Source: Nageia nagi | Lineage: Eukaryota; Plantae; Pinophyta | Assembly: GCA_050084985.1 (NCBI GenBank) | Contig: JBITNC010000002.1 | Span: 22,692,001 to 22,756,000 of the forward strand | Length of the DNA: 64,000 nucleotides | Direction of reading: 5' to 3' | Shown: piece after piece, positions 27,034-38,254 of the stretch | Layout of the letters: the number at the start of each line of letters is the position of its first letter | Position numbering within the stretch: the first letter of the stretch is position 1 | Notes under the pieces: generated by a model | What the model saw: the letters and a program-made list of their open reading frames with translations, nothing else | Told to the model about the DNA's origin: nothing | Database searches by the model: none | Program-made: the position numbers and the translations under genes

Positions 27034-30000
27034 CTCCCCCTTAATGCAATATTGGGATAGAGCGTAGAAGAGAGAAGAGAGAGAGTAAGAGAGAGTTCTC
27101 CTCCATAGAGATACAAGCGGAGATGAGAACATTTACATATTTGAGAATCTTTTTGAGAACTAGTTTGAGACTCACTACATTACCATTTGACAAAATGGTT
27201 TACAATACAATCATTAACCACAACTGGTTTCACTGTACATAGTATTCGATCAACTTTAAGCTGACATGTGAGTCTCCATGAGCTTGCTTACATAAGGTGA
27301 GTAACCTGCATTTTTGAAGAAGATCCTACATGCTACAAGCAACTCATGAACAAAATAAGTTAGATGCATCATATATTCATTTTATTAATAAGAGAATCAA
27401 ATAATGCCATCTTATAAATAACTGATCAATGGTGCACTATAAGTCATCACGGAGATGCCAAGCCATCACTCATAGTCACCTGTTGTATATAGACATGTGT
27501 TGATTATTAATAGAGCATAACATATAGATGACTGCACAATGCCTAAAGACACATACCAGATCTTCTCATATGAATACTTGAATAATGAAACTGATTGATC
27601 AATTTATATGCTCAAAAAATTGTACAACAAGTTTCTCACATAGAGCAAACTTACCACGAAGGTATAAAATGTACAAGAAGTTCCTCACACAAAGCGAACT
27701 TACCATGGAGGTATATCATAATCAACACTATATAACAACAAAAAAGGGGCCTCTTAGAGGTGAAGTTATCATCACTAACAAAAGTTCAAACTTCACTCCC
27801 CCTTGAGGGCAACTTCACCAACCTGAGAGAATCCCTAAGCTTGCTGAACTGAGCTTCAGGAAGGGGCTTGGTGAATAAATCAATGGAGTTTACAGTAGAT
27901 GGAAAATACTCCAAGTGTATGATGTCATCTAGAACCTTCTCCCTGATAAAATGGGCTTGGATTTCCACATGTTTGGTTCTCTGATGGAACACAGGATTCT
28001 TAGCCAAAGAGATAGTCGATTGATTATTTGAAGAAATAAGAGATGGGCCATTTTGCTCATACCCAATTTTGTTCAGAAGATGCCTCAGCCAAATAGCATC
28101 CTGGGCAACAACAGACATGGCTTGATATTTAGCTTCAATGGTAGAAAGAGTCACATTAGGTTACTTCTTGGAAGCCCAAGAGATAGCACCTAAACCAATG
28201 TTGAACACATATGCAAAGGTTGATTTTCTATTATCTCTGTCTCCCCTATAATTAGAATCTAAGAACCTAGAGAGAACAATTGAGGGCATTTTGGAATACT
28301 TAAGAGCAAGATCCATTGTCCCTACCACATACCTCAAGATTTTCTTAATAGTATTGAGGTGCTCAACATATGGTTTTTGCATGAATCATGCCATCAGATT
28401 CACTGCAAAGGCAATATCAGGTTGAGAGATAGTCATATATAGAAGACTATCGATTAATTACCTATAAGTTGTAGCATCAACCAACTGAGAATCTAAGCTC
28501 AGAGATACAACGATTCTAGGAGAAATAGGTATTACAACATATCTACACTCCTCCATTCCAAACTTTTGCAAGATGTCTGATATATACTTAGATTGACTAA
28601 GATAAGTACAATCTTTATGTTGGTATACTTACATCCAAGGATAGTAATGCAATAGACCTAGATCAGTCATTTCAAATGTTGCCTTCAGTTTGGATATGCA
28701 CTCTTGGATGATTTTAATATTATTACCAGTTATGAGAAGATCATCCACATAAAGGAGAATTAAGACCACATCTTTTCCTTGATTGAGTACATAGAGATCT
28801 GAGTCAGAGAAGCACTTGGAAAAACCAATATCTACAAAGAATCCTAAAATTTTCTTGTACCATGCTCTAGGTGCTTGCTTAAGTCCATACAAAGACTTCT
28901 TTAGCTTGCACACAAAAGACTCTTTACCTTCTAGAATAAATCCTTCTGTTTGATTCATGTAGATTTCTACATCCAAGTCACCATTGAGAAATGCACTCTT
29001 GACATCAAGTTGAAAAACTTTCCATCCTTGAGCTACAAAAAGAGCAAGGATTATCTTGATAGTAGGCATCTTGGCCACAGGAGCAAAGGTTTCCTCATAA
29101 TCAATACCATATTTCTGAGCGAATCCTTTGGCCACTAACCTTGCTTTGTATTTTTCAATTTCTCCATCAGAATTGTACTTGACCTTGTATAACCATTTAT
29201 TTCCAATCACATTTTTCTCATTAGGATAAGGAACCAAATCCCAAGTTTCATTTTTCATGAGCGCATCATACTCAACTTTTATAGCTTCCATCCAATAGTC
29301 TTGCTTGGAAGCTTCTTTGAAGGTTGATGGCTCATTCACATTATCAATTTTGGCAAATAAATATTTATTCAAGGTCATACTCCTTGTAATTCTCTGAGCT
29401 GGAGAATTTTGCTCTTGTGATGACTTCCCTACATTATCATCCAACCAGTTAGGTGCAGGCAAAGAATCATCTGAATTAGACACCTCAGCATGAGAAGTCG
29501 TATCCTCAGGAAGTTCATTGAACTTGACATCCCTAGAAGTAAAGACTATTTTATGGGATGAGGAGTAGAGCCTGTAACCTCTATGCTGATTATCATACCC
29601 CACAAAGACGTATTTTTCTGATCTTTTATGCAACTTCTTTCTTTTCTTTGAGGTAATGAAGGCAAATGCATCACAACCGAAGACCCTAAAGTGTGAGATG
29701 TTAGGTTTCTTTCCTGTCCATGCTTCATACGGAGTATTACCTTCAACTGCTTTAGTAGGATAACTATTTAGGGTGTGAACAGCTTCACCCCATAAGAAAC
29801 TAGGAAGGTTACCCAACATGCACCTTGCCATTTCCATAATGGTTCGATTCTTCCTTTCAGTAACTCCATTTTGTTGAGGGATGTAAGGGATTGTGAATTA
29901 CCGCTTGATCCCATGTTTAACACAATATTCGTTAAACTCATTGCTATTATATGCACCCCCATTATCAGATCTCAGCATCTTGATCTTAAAATCAGTTTAA

Positions 30001-33000
30001 TTTTCAACAAGAGTCTTGAAGTCTTTAAACCTTTCAAAAGTTTGATCCTTGTGCTCAAGTAGATAACCAAATGTCATCTTGCTGAAGTCATCAATGAAGG
30101 TCAGAACATAAGAAGCTCCCCCTAGAGACTTAGTCTGAAATGGACCCATCAAATCTGAATGCACAAGCTGAAGAGGATGAGTAGCCCAAGTTGCCTTATC
30201 TTTTTCAAATATTTGCCTATTCATCTTTCCTAGAATGCACCTTTCACAGAGACCAATTGTGGGTGAAATATTAGGTAAACCTTCCACAAGTTCTTGATTT
30301 TTTATATCTTGAATACTCTTGTAGTTAAGGTGCCCTAATCGTTGATGCCAAAGATTACCCTTTTAACAAACATTTACAGCAAGACACATCTTTGAAGGAA
30401 CTTGATCCACAATATAAAGGTCATCCTTTACTGATCCTTTCATCAAGGTGGCAAGTCCTTTCTTAACACATCAGGAGTGTGAGGTAAACTCAAATGAGTA
30501 TCCTTTCCTTGTAATCTGAATTACAGAGATAAGATTCATCTTTAGTTTAGGCACATAAAAGACATTATCAAGAACCTTTCCATGAATCTTCACACTCCCT
30601 ATTCCTTGAACATCAAGGACTGAATTATCACCTATCACAACTGCATCCTTCTTGTACTTATGAAAGTTTTCAAACTTATCCTTTTCATAACACATGTGAT
30701 TAGTGCATCCTGAATCAACAATCTAATCATTTGAAATAGTTTGAGTCATTGAGTAGTAGGCAACAGTATCAGTATGTTTGTTCTTCTTTTTATTATTGAA
30801 ATTTTTCACATTTGCATTTCCCTTACCTTTTTTAGCAAATTTCTTTTTATGACACTTAGCAAATTTCTTTTTATGACAATCATACTCTTTGTGACCAAAG
30901 ATGCCACAAAAGTTACAATTTCCATCAAACTTTTCCTTAGGTTTTGGATTGCTTGATCCAGCTTTGTCATTCCTTTGCTTGAAGTTGCCATTATTATTAC
31001 CCTTTTTCTCATGCTTCCTGAAGGTAGATGAGGATTTGTTATCTTTGGATTTATAATGATTGAACTTCTTCTTAAAGGAGTTTTGGTTGCTCCTAGAGCA
31101 ATGTTATTGTCCTTTGGAGAAAAGTTCAACATTTTCTTATTCAAAGTTTTCTTATGCTTCAGAAGGAGTCTAGAAAGGTTATCAAGAGAGATGACATCTT
31201 CTTCATCATCGAGCCTAGTTTCCATAACCATGACAAAGTTACTGAACTTTGTAGAAAGGTTTTGAAGAATGATGAAGACCATGAACTCATCATTAATCTA
31301 GTTGCACCCACAGCCAACCAGTTGTGTCCTGAGGTCAATGATTTTGTTCAAGTAAATAGAAGCACTTTCATCTTCACCTTGACGATATTGCAACAACTTT
31401 TGTAAAATAGTGAACCTCCTTGAAAATTTTGACCCAAGGTAAATTTTCTTCAGCCTATCCCAAGCTTCTTTTGTTGATGTTGAAGAAGAGATCATGAGAA
31501 GTACATCATCTGAAACTGCACGATAAATCATTGAAGTTGCTAACTCATTCTTTGAGTTGTAGATTTCAAGAGCCTTCTCATCTGTAGGAGCGACCAAGTC
31601 TTCATTAACTGTCTACCATAGCTTCCTTGCTTGTAACTCAACTTTCATACGAGGTTCCCATATGCTGAAGTTGGAACCGTCGAGTATATGCTTAGGTATG
31701 AAGGTTTCAACCATTGCTACACAAAAGTAAATAAGCAAGAAGAATGAATAAATTTCTACAATTTACCATCTATACAAATCAAACATTGATAAGTAAACAT
31801 GTCCCACATGTGCAAACTTATAAACCAAGATCCGTAGAAGGATAAAGTTGAGGTTGTTTTCTTGTATAGAATTAGGCCTTCACCTGGATGCCCGCAAAGT
31901 GGAGCCCAAGTACTACCAATCCTCAACCAATTCACCTTGGTTAGTAATATACTCTCTCAAGGAGAAGTACCAACTATTTTTCAAGGATCCGACGTATGTT
32001 GGACCGGCCATTTTAATTATCTTGTTTAAGGTTTTCAAGTTTTCCTCCTAGGTTATCAAGATAATCCCTGAATGGACGTGCAGACATGTGGTATCACTAC
32101 ACACATGCCTGTCCACCTAATAGAGTTATGTCCAATCCAACAGAGGTCTTAGGGGCAATTAAGACAGATTTACCACCACTTGGTTCTTCGGACTAAAAAG
32201 GCTCCAGTCTGCCCTATCCTCCCCTCGTGGCTCCCCAAACAAGTCATGTTGTGGAAAAGTACGTGCGGATGTGTTCATTTTAGGGGTTACTTTCAATATT
32301 TTGCGTTTTGCAAGTATAAAGCAATTATGCAAAAATATAAAGTAAAGTATTAAAAATACATCATCCACAAGAACTTGAAATATAAGAGTCCAATGGGTTT
32401 TGTACTAACCCCTAAAGGACATTTTTACATTTTGCATACTTGCTCAAGTTCATAAATTCATTCAACACTTTAATGAATTTAAAAAAGGCTAAGTCCTACT
32501 TAGCATTAATCCATTCATTAATTTTAAAAAAAATTGCATAAGTTCTATACTTAGCATGAATTCATTTTTAAATGTTCTAAGTCCTACTCATGACTAGTAA
32601 AAAGAAATGCCATAAATCACTTAGCAAAGAATGCGTAGGGTTTATTCATAACTTAACATTTAATGAATAAGTCCATTCATACTTGGCATAAATCATGAAT
32701 TCATAGACAATGCTTAAGTCCTACTTTAGCATTAGTTTAAGTATTTAGAGAATTAAAAAATGCATAAGTTAAGCATTAACAAACTTGACATTTAATGACT
32801 TCAAAAAAGGCACTAAATTCTCCCCCTTCTTACTTAAAAAAGGTACTATAAGCATTTAATTTGAACTTAAAGAAAGAAAATTTTAGAAATACTTGATCAT
32901 GTAGCTCCAAAAAAAATTTCCTCTTTTAGGTAAGAAAAATATCATGCTCATAAAACTTATGGAGAAAAGAGACTTTAATTTTTGGACAACCACATCTTGC

Positions 33001-34453
33001 AAGAGGTAAGGTGTTTACCTATCAAAACTTTATGAGAATTGACTATCATGCTCAACAAAATTAAATTAGCCTCCTTTTTGGAAAAAAAACTTCTACCCAA
33101 CAAGGTTTAACTTCAAATAATTAATGCTTCTTGCCAAAAAATTAAAGCATTAGAGAGACTTTGCAAAGAATACAAAAAAAAATTTCCAACTCAAAAATTA
33201 ATGCATTGTCTCTCATCCAACAAGAAGTTGTTGAAAAGTTTGTTGTTTTTTTTTTGTTTTTAATGAAGAGAGGTTAAAAAATGTTGATAGACATGTAAAA
33301 AAAAAGGAAAAAAAAAGGGGCGCTGCCAAGGGCACAGTCGGCGAGGGTGCAACATGAGGAGAAGGCTTAGGGAAGAGGCACAGCTAGACCAACAAAGGAA
33401 GGGGCTCTGCTAAGGGCGCAACCGACGAGGGAGGAGGGAGAAGGCGTAACAAAGGCACGCGCGACCACTACAGCCACCAAAAAAAGGGGCCAAGCTGGCG
33501 AGGGAGGAGAGAGAAGGCGTAGCCCAGGCATGGGGAGTTACAAGCAGAGATGAGGATGCGCGGAGAGGCATCGGGAGGCGCAGCCACGGGGGGGGCTTTC
33601 AGTGAGAGATGGAGGGAGGCAACAGCTGAGAAAGGGAGTGATGAGGGTCGCAGCGCAGCGAGACAATGGTGTGTTTTGAGTGCGACGTGCGGCCACAAGG
33701 AGGCGCGGTAGAATTTTGATGCCAAACAAAATAAAAAAAATAGCCGCTTCTCTAAAAAAATTGTTAATACTGTTCTCCCAAGCACAGTCGATCATGTTGA
33801 AGCCAGAATGAATTCATAGTTTGTAACAAAATTCGCCCAGCAAAAAAGGTCTCATCAATGATTTGTTTTTTAAAAAAAAAAACAACAAGGGATTAAAAAC
33901 AAATGTTTACAAATTTTGTTTTTGTTTTTTTTTTTTTTAAATTAAACCAACAATGATCAAACCAATACAAATTTTAATATTGTATTCCTCCTTTTAAAAA
34001 TGTTTATATATATAAATATATATAAAGTTGCAAATAAAATAAAAAATTGAAATTTCTCCCTCTCACAAAAGAAATTAGCCATTTTTATTAACAAAAAGGT
34101 TAAAAAAAATTATCTTCTCCATAAGATAGAAAAAAAAATTCCTCAACTTAATTTTTGTATACTATCCTCTTAAATAATGAGCAAATAAGCAATTTGCAAA
34201 AAAAAAGCTATTCACAAAAGAGGTTAGTATCAAAAATTGTTAATCATATTTAGCTCAACAATAGTCAACATATAGCACACAATATGTTAGTAGTAAAATA
34301 CAATTATTCAATAATTAACCAAGAAGGTAAAAAATGTATACCTTCTATTATGTTTTACCTCAACAATGTAAGAAGATGAGAAATGGAGACCTCCAAATTG
34401 AAGAAGTTTCAAAGAATGTTGAAGGAGCGTCCACACCAAGCTCTGATACCAAT

Positions 34454-34942
34454 TGATGGAATCAGTTCTTCACTAATCCTCAAGGGCCAAGACTATAGAA
34501 AACTTAATCATTCAACATCTACAAGCTAATAACACCATTCACACAAGATAACACCAATATAAGTGGTTCCTCTCTCCTTGGGAGTACATCCACAACTAGA
34601 TCTCAATTCTCAAACTATGCACCCTCTTACTACAATTCCTTTATCTCGTACACAAACTAGTAGAGTAATCTTACTCAAAATCTAAGTGATGTTACAAGAG
34701 GAGAGGCCCTCTATTTATAGCATGAGAGCACCTCCCTAACCTCCCTTTAACCCAAGGGTAAGGTTAGGGTTACAATAAATATATTACCTAACGTTAACCT
34801 ACCAACTAACCACATGGTAAGGTCAAAGTTTACATAATAAAGAATTCAATTAATCCCTTAAGGTATCTAAATATCCTTTAAGTGATTAATTGAATTTACA
34901 AGGAGTTTAGATATTCATAATATTTCATTACAAATTCTAACA
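34454..34942 (-). repeat. Copia 5' LTR (489 bp)
   Basis: Adjacent to the PBS; contains TATAAATAG on the minus strand. Confidence 0.95.
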
Positions 34943-35416
34943 CAACAATGGGTCGAGAGGGAATTCCAAGAAGGAAACATGATTTTCCTACATCTTCAAC
35001 CATACCAATATATATCTCTTAAGATAAAAGGACCCCAAAAGCTAGCTCTAAGGTTTTATGGGCTTTATAAAATCTTCCAATGCATTGTACCTGTAACATA
35101 CAAATTCGCACTAACTGCATCTTACAAGATTCATCATGTCTTTAATGGATCTTGTCTTAAGAAGGTATTAGGCTCTCAGGCCACAATTGAGATTGAACTA
35201 CTTGAATTCACTAAGGATGGTTCCATAATGTTCGAACCTATGGCTATTTTGAATCGATGCACATGTCAGCTTCATAGCCTTACCATTACTGAATTTCTTA
35301 TCTAGTGATGCGGATTGGCCCCTGAGGATGCAACTTGGGAGATACTTCATCAGCTTCAGCAACAGTTGTCCAATTTTCATCTTTAAGGATAAAGCTCTCT
35401 TTTAAGATAGGTGGCA

Positions 35417-35775
35417 TGTTAGGATCTCGTATCCTAACATTTACTTATATTATATTAGTTAATTAATTAGATTATCAATTTATATTAAATTGTAAGGTGG
35501 ATCGATATAGTTCGTAAGGCAAATTGCTATTTTGTATTAAACAATCGATTAGGGTTAGGGTACATGGACTATAAATATGTGTAGGAGAAAAATAGATATT
35601 ATCTTAGAAAATATATTATTTTCAATTCTAAGGAGGTAGCCCCCTCAAAGTATTCTGCTAGTCATTTTGCTATCAGTAAAGTTTATCTATTGCTATCTTG
35701 TTATTATTCTAATTCATATTGTTATTCTCTATTTTTTGGCTCAAATCCCATTTTCGATCTTGTGGGTTCCTAAAA
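35417..35775 (+). repeat. Gypsy 3' LTR (359 bp)
   Basis: tgttaggatctc...cctaaaa, with substitutions and short deletions relative to the 5' LTR. Confidence 0.88.
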
Positions 35776-35838
35776 TGATTACCATCTCACATGGATTAGG
35801 AAACATTTCTTTATGTAGACTAGGTGGAAGATTGTGGA

Positions 35839-36231
35839 CACTAGAGTCAAAATCTTGATGTTTTGTGAGTCAAAGGCTTGACGTTTTATTATTCGAAGGC
35901 TTGACATTTAATGAGTTAAAATCTTGACTTTTTTAAGTCAAAATCATGATGCTTTATGAGTCATAGTAGTGACATTTCATGAGTCAAAAGCTTGATGTTT
36001 TTAAAGTCAAAATACTTGACGCTTTGAGTCAAAGTTTTGATGTTTTATGAGTCAAACTCTTTACGTTTGAACAACAAAAGAAAAAAATGTTATGACACAT
36101 TGCTTAACTTATGGGTTGATAGTACCCTTAGCATTGAATGAGGCATCAACAAGATACCAAAAAAAAAAGAAAAAAAAATACACTACATCTTGACACATTA
36201 TATGACTCAAAATCCGTTAAATGTAGTAGTG
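35839..36231. mobile_element. Non-autonomous mini-CACTA (393 bp) with ~23-bp subterminal repeats
   Basis: Begins CACTA (35839), ends TAGTG (36231), with a 3-bp TSD gga/gga. About 10 copies of gagtcaaaa.cttga.gtttt.t lie at 35844-36070. Removing it restores the PMD reading IVEPYY. Confidence 0.75.
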
Positions 36232-38254
36232 GGAGCCTTACTATCTTAGATGAGTATTGATGTAATTTGGCCTTACATTGCAGATTCTAGAGCGTGTGGT
36301 GTATTACATGAGGTACAACATGAAGAGAAATCTACCAAAGGATGCTTAAGTGATGTATATATGGTACTAAGTGCAAAGATAGCTAGATACAAATTCTTCT
36401 CAGTATCCCATTGGAGATGATGTTGCTCATTTAATCACTACAAATTTTGATGCTTGGTGGGCAACCATCCATCATGCTCCTCTTGGAGTATTGGATTTAG
36501 ATTCAAAGGAGGTTAAGTATATTTTTTCGGGTGATGATACCCTGGAAAAAGACTACATGACCAACATGTAGATATCATTTCCAAGACCTTGAAAACCTTT
36601 CTACATAGATGTAGATATCAATCCAAATTGTTTCAAAAGTCCTTGAAAACTTTTATACGCATCAGTAAAAAGATTTGACATTCCCAAAATCCCATTGGTC
36701 CTATACTATGGATGATTTGGACCCCTTATCTAGAATATGGGAAATCTAGCACCTTGGTCTTAAATCCCAAACAATCTAATACTAGGTCCATTTTGAAATC
36801 CTTACATCCTGAGAGGCTATTTTCATGTAAAAAGGGATGATCTTCCATGATATTAACTCTTGAATGAATGTATCAAGGATTTTGATAACTCAAAAATATG
36901 TGCTTGAAATAATATGAATTTAACATGAAGAGATCATTCACATTAGGAGGTCTTTACAACCTTAAACAATGGGATAGTAAAAAATATTGCAACCTCATCA
37001 TCATCTATCCAAAGATTCAATGTCCACCCACTTGAAAGAGCAAACAACTAACTAGGGACATCTTTTACCACCCATTCATGTACATCCATGGAGGTGGAAG
37101 ATGATCCTTGAGATACTTTGAAGATTAAAGGAAAGGGAGAGAGAGACTATTAGCAAGTGGAAAGAACCCCAATTGAGAGGATTGTGATGGCAAACTTCTA
37201 TGATTTCATTTGCTAACTTTTTTGTCTACACCAAACAAAATAGGCATAAGCATTTACGTCACGTATTAGAATGTTATAGTTATTTCTTTATAGCTCAAAT
37301 ACCAATTTACCTATTTCATTGACATATATCACCATTTATGTAATAACCTTTAAAATGTGTTACAAGACACACTTGCGCATGTATGTAATTATGAGACTCA
37401 CGGGATAAAAGATTTTGTAAACTATGTAACCTAAATGCCATTATGAATAAAACTCATTTTCTTCTTATATACCCATTTCACAAAGACATTAGATGAACTT
37501 ATAATAATATTTGTAATAACAACATAATTCATAAATTCTTAAACCAAGATAACCAAAACAAGCTTGACAATTTCATTACACACCTTAATTCTGTTAGAAA
37601 CAATCATTACTACATAAATGATATATATTTATCTCTGAAGAACTTTGATAGATCCTACAAACCATTGAGTATAGAGGACATTAAAAGACATCATCATATT
37701 TAAATTACCTTATTTTTAATTTTTTTTTCTTAAGATTAATCAAAATGTTGGTAGTTGTTTCTCTCAACAAAATGTTTTAAGTTCTTTGCTGCTTCTGATT
37801 AACCTTGAAAACTGTGATGCATTTCATAATTTACAAAATTTCAGTCTTTTTCTTTCAGTGTCATATGCCTACGACACAGTAGGGACAGGGAACAAATATT
37901 GTCCTTAATCACTCCTGCAAAATAGTAACAACTACATAAGATAAAGATATGCCAAATGATCAGTTAAATGTATATAAGATTGCTTGCATTATTAGCTAAC
38001 AGAAATAGCTCAAATATTGTATTCAAAAAATCCAGTAAAAATGAACTGAATTATAGATTAAATCTTCCCCCTTTACACAACATACAAAATCCAAAAAGGA
38101 TAATTACAACAGGCACAAAAGAGTGAGGCTCATCTAATGCCGACACCAAATATGTCCATATTTCACTCGGAGAGGCATGATCACTTTACTATTCACCCAT
38201 GCTATATACCAGCCTTCGTACCATACATAGGAATAACTAAATTAATGAAAAGAA

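Larger units (their letters stand above)
26545..34942 (-). mobile_element. Full-length Ty1/copia LTR retrotransposon nested in the gypsy integrase region
   Basis: 489-bp LTRs at 26545-27033 and 34454-34942, perfect TSD caaca (26540-26544 / 34943-34947), PBS-Met TGGTATCAGAGC (34451-34440) and PPT at 27034-27043. Gag-pol runs from ATG 31714 to 27786: zinc knuckle CNFCGIFGHKEYDC, protease IVDSGCTNHM, GAG-pre-integrase LWHQRLGH, integrase LVHSDLMGP/QQNGVTERKNRT, RT YKARLVAKG/LYGLKQAPRAW/LYVDD, RNase H HQRTKHVE. Confidence 0.96.
21614..35775 (+). mobile_element. Ty3/gypsy chromovirus (Reina-like), ~5.8 kb excluding the nested copia; pseudogenised
   Basis: 5' LTR 21614-22006 (TG..CA), PBS tggtatcaaagc 22008-22019, gag (KFNGDDPISW), protease (VLIDSRST ~23735), RT ([13 protein letters not shown]), RNase H, integrase (MDFIKGL; YNTSYHTSI), chromodomain (GLAPEDATWE ~35310-35340), purine tract, 3' LTR 35417-35775. 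TSD tgaat/tgatt. Many stops and frameshifts. Confidence 0.92.
21480..36300 (+). pseudogene. Plant mobile domain (PMD, aminotransferase-like) ORF relic, split by the gypsy and CACTA insertions
   Basis: Joining 21480-21613 + 35781-35838 + 36235-36300 gives, in more than one frame, ...MDTLHVDHIIWYPY...KIVEPYYLR*VLM*FGLTLQI. This matches the PMD motifs LDxL..V.W.PY and VEPYxPxRVxRQFG. Confidence 0.55.

Noticed and set aside
33468-33795. ORFs in the copia leader as an accessory or env-like gene
   Set aside because: Open frames are expected in a GC-rich patch; low-complexity translations with no motifs.
35844-36070. Regular ~23-bp palindromic repeats as a CRISPR-like array
   Set aside because: No unique spacers and a eukaryotic context; better explained as CACTA subterminal repeats.
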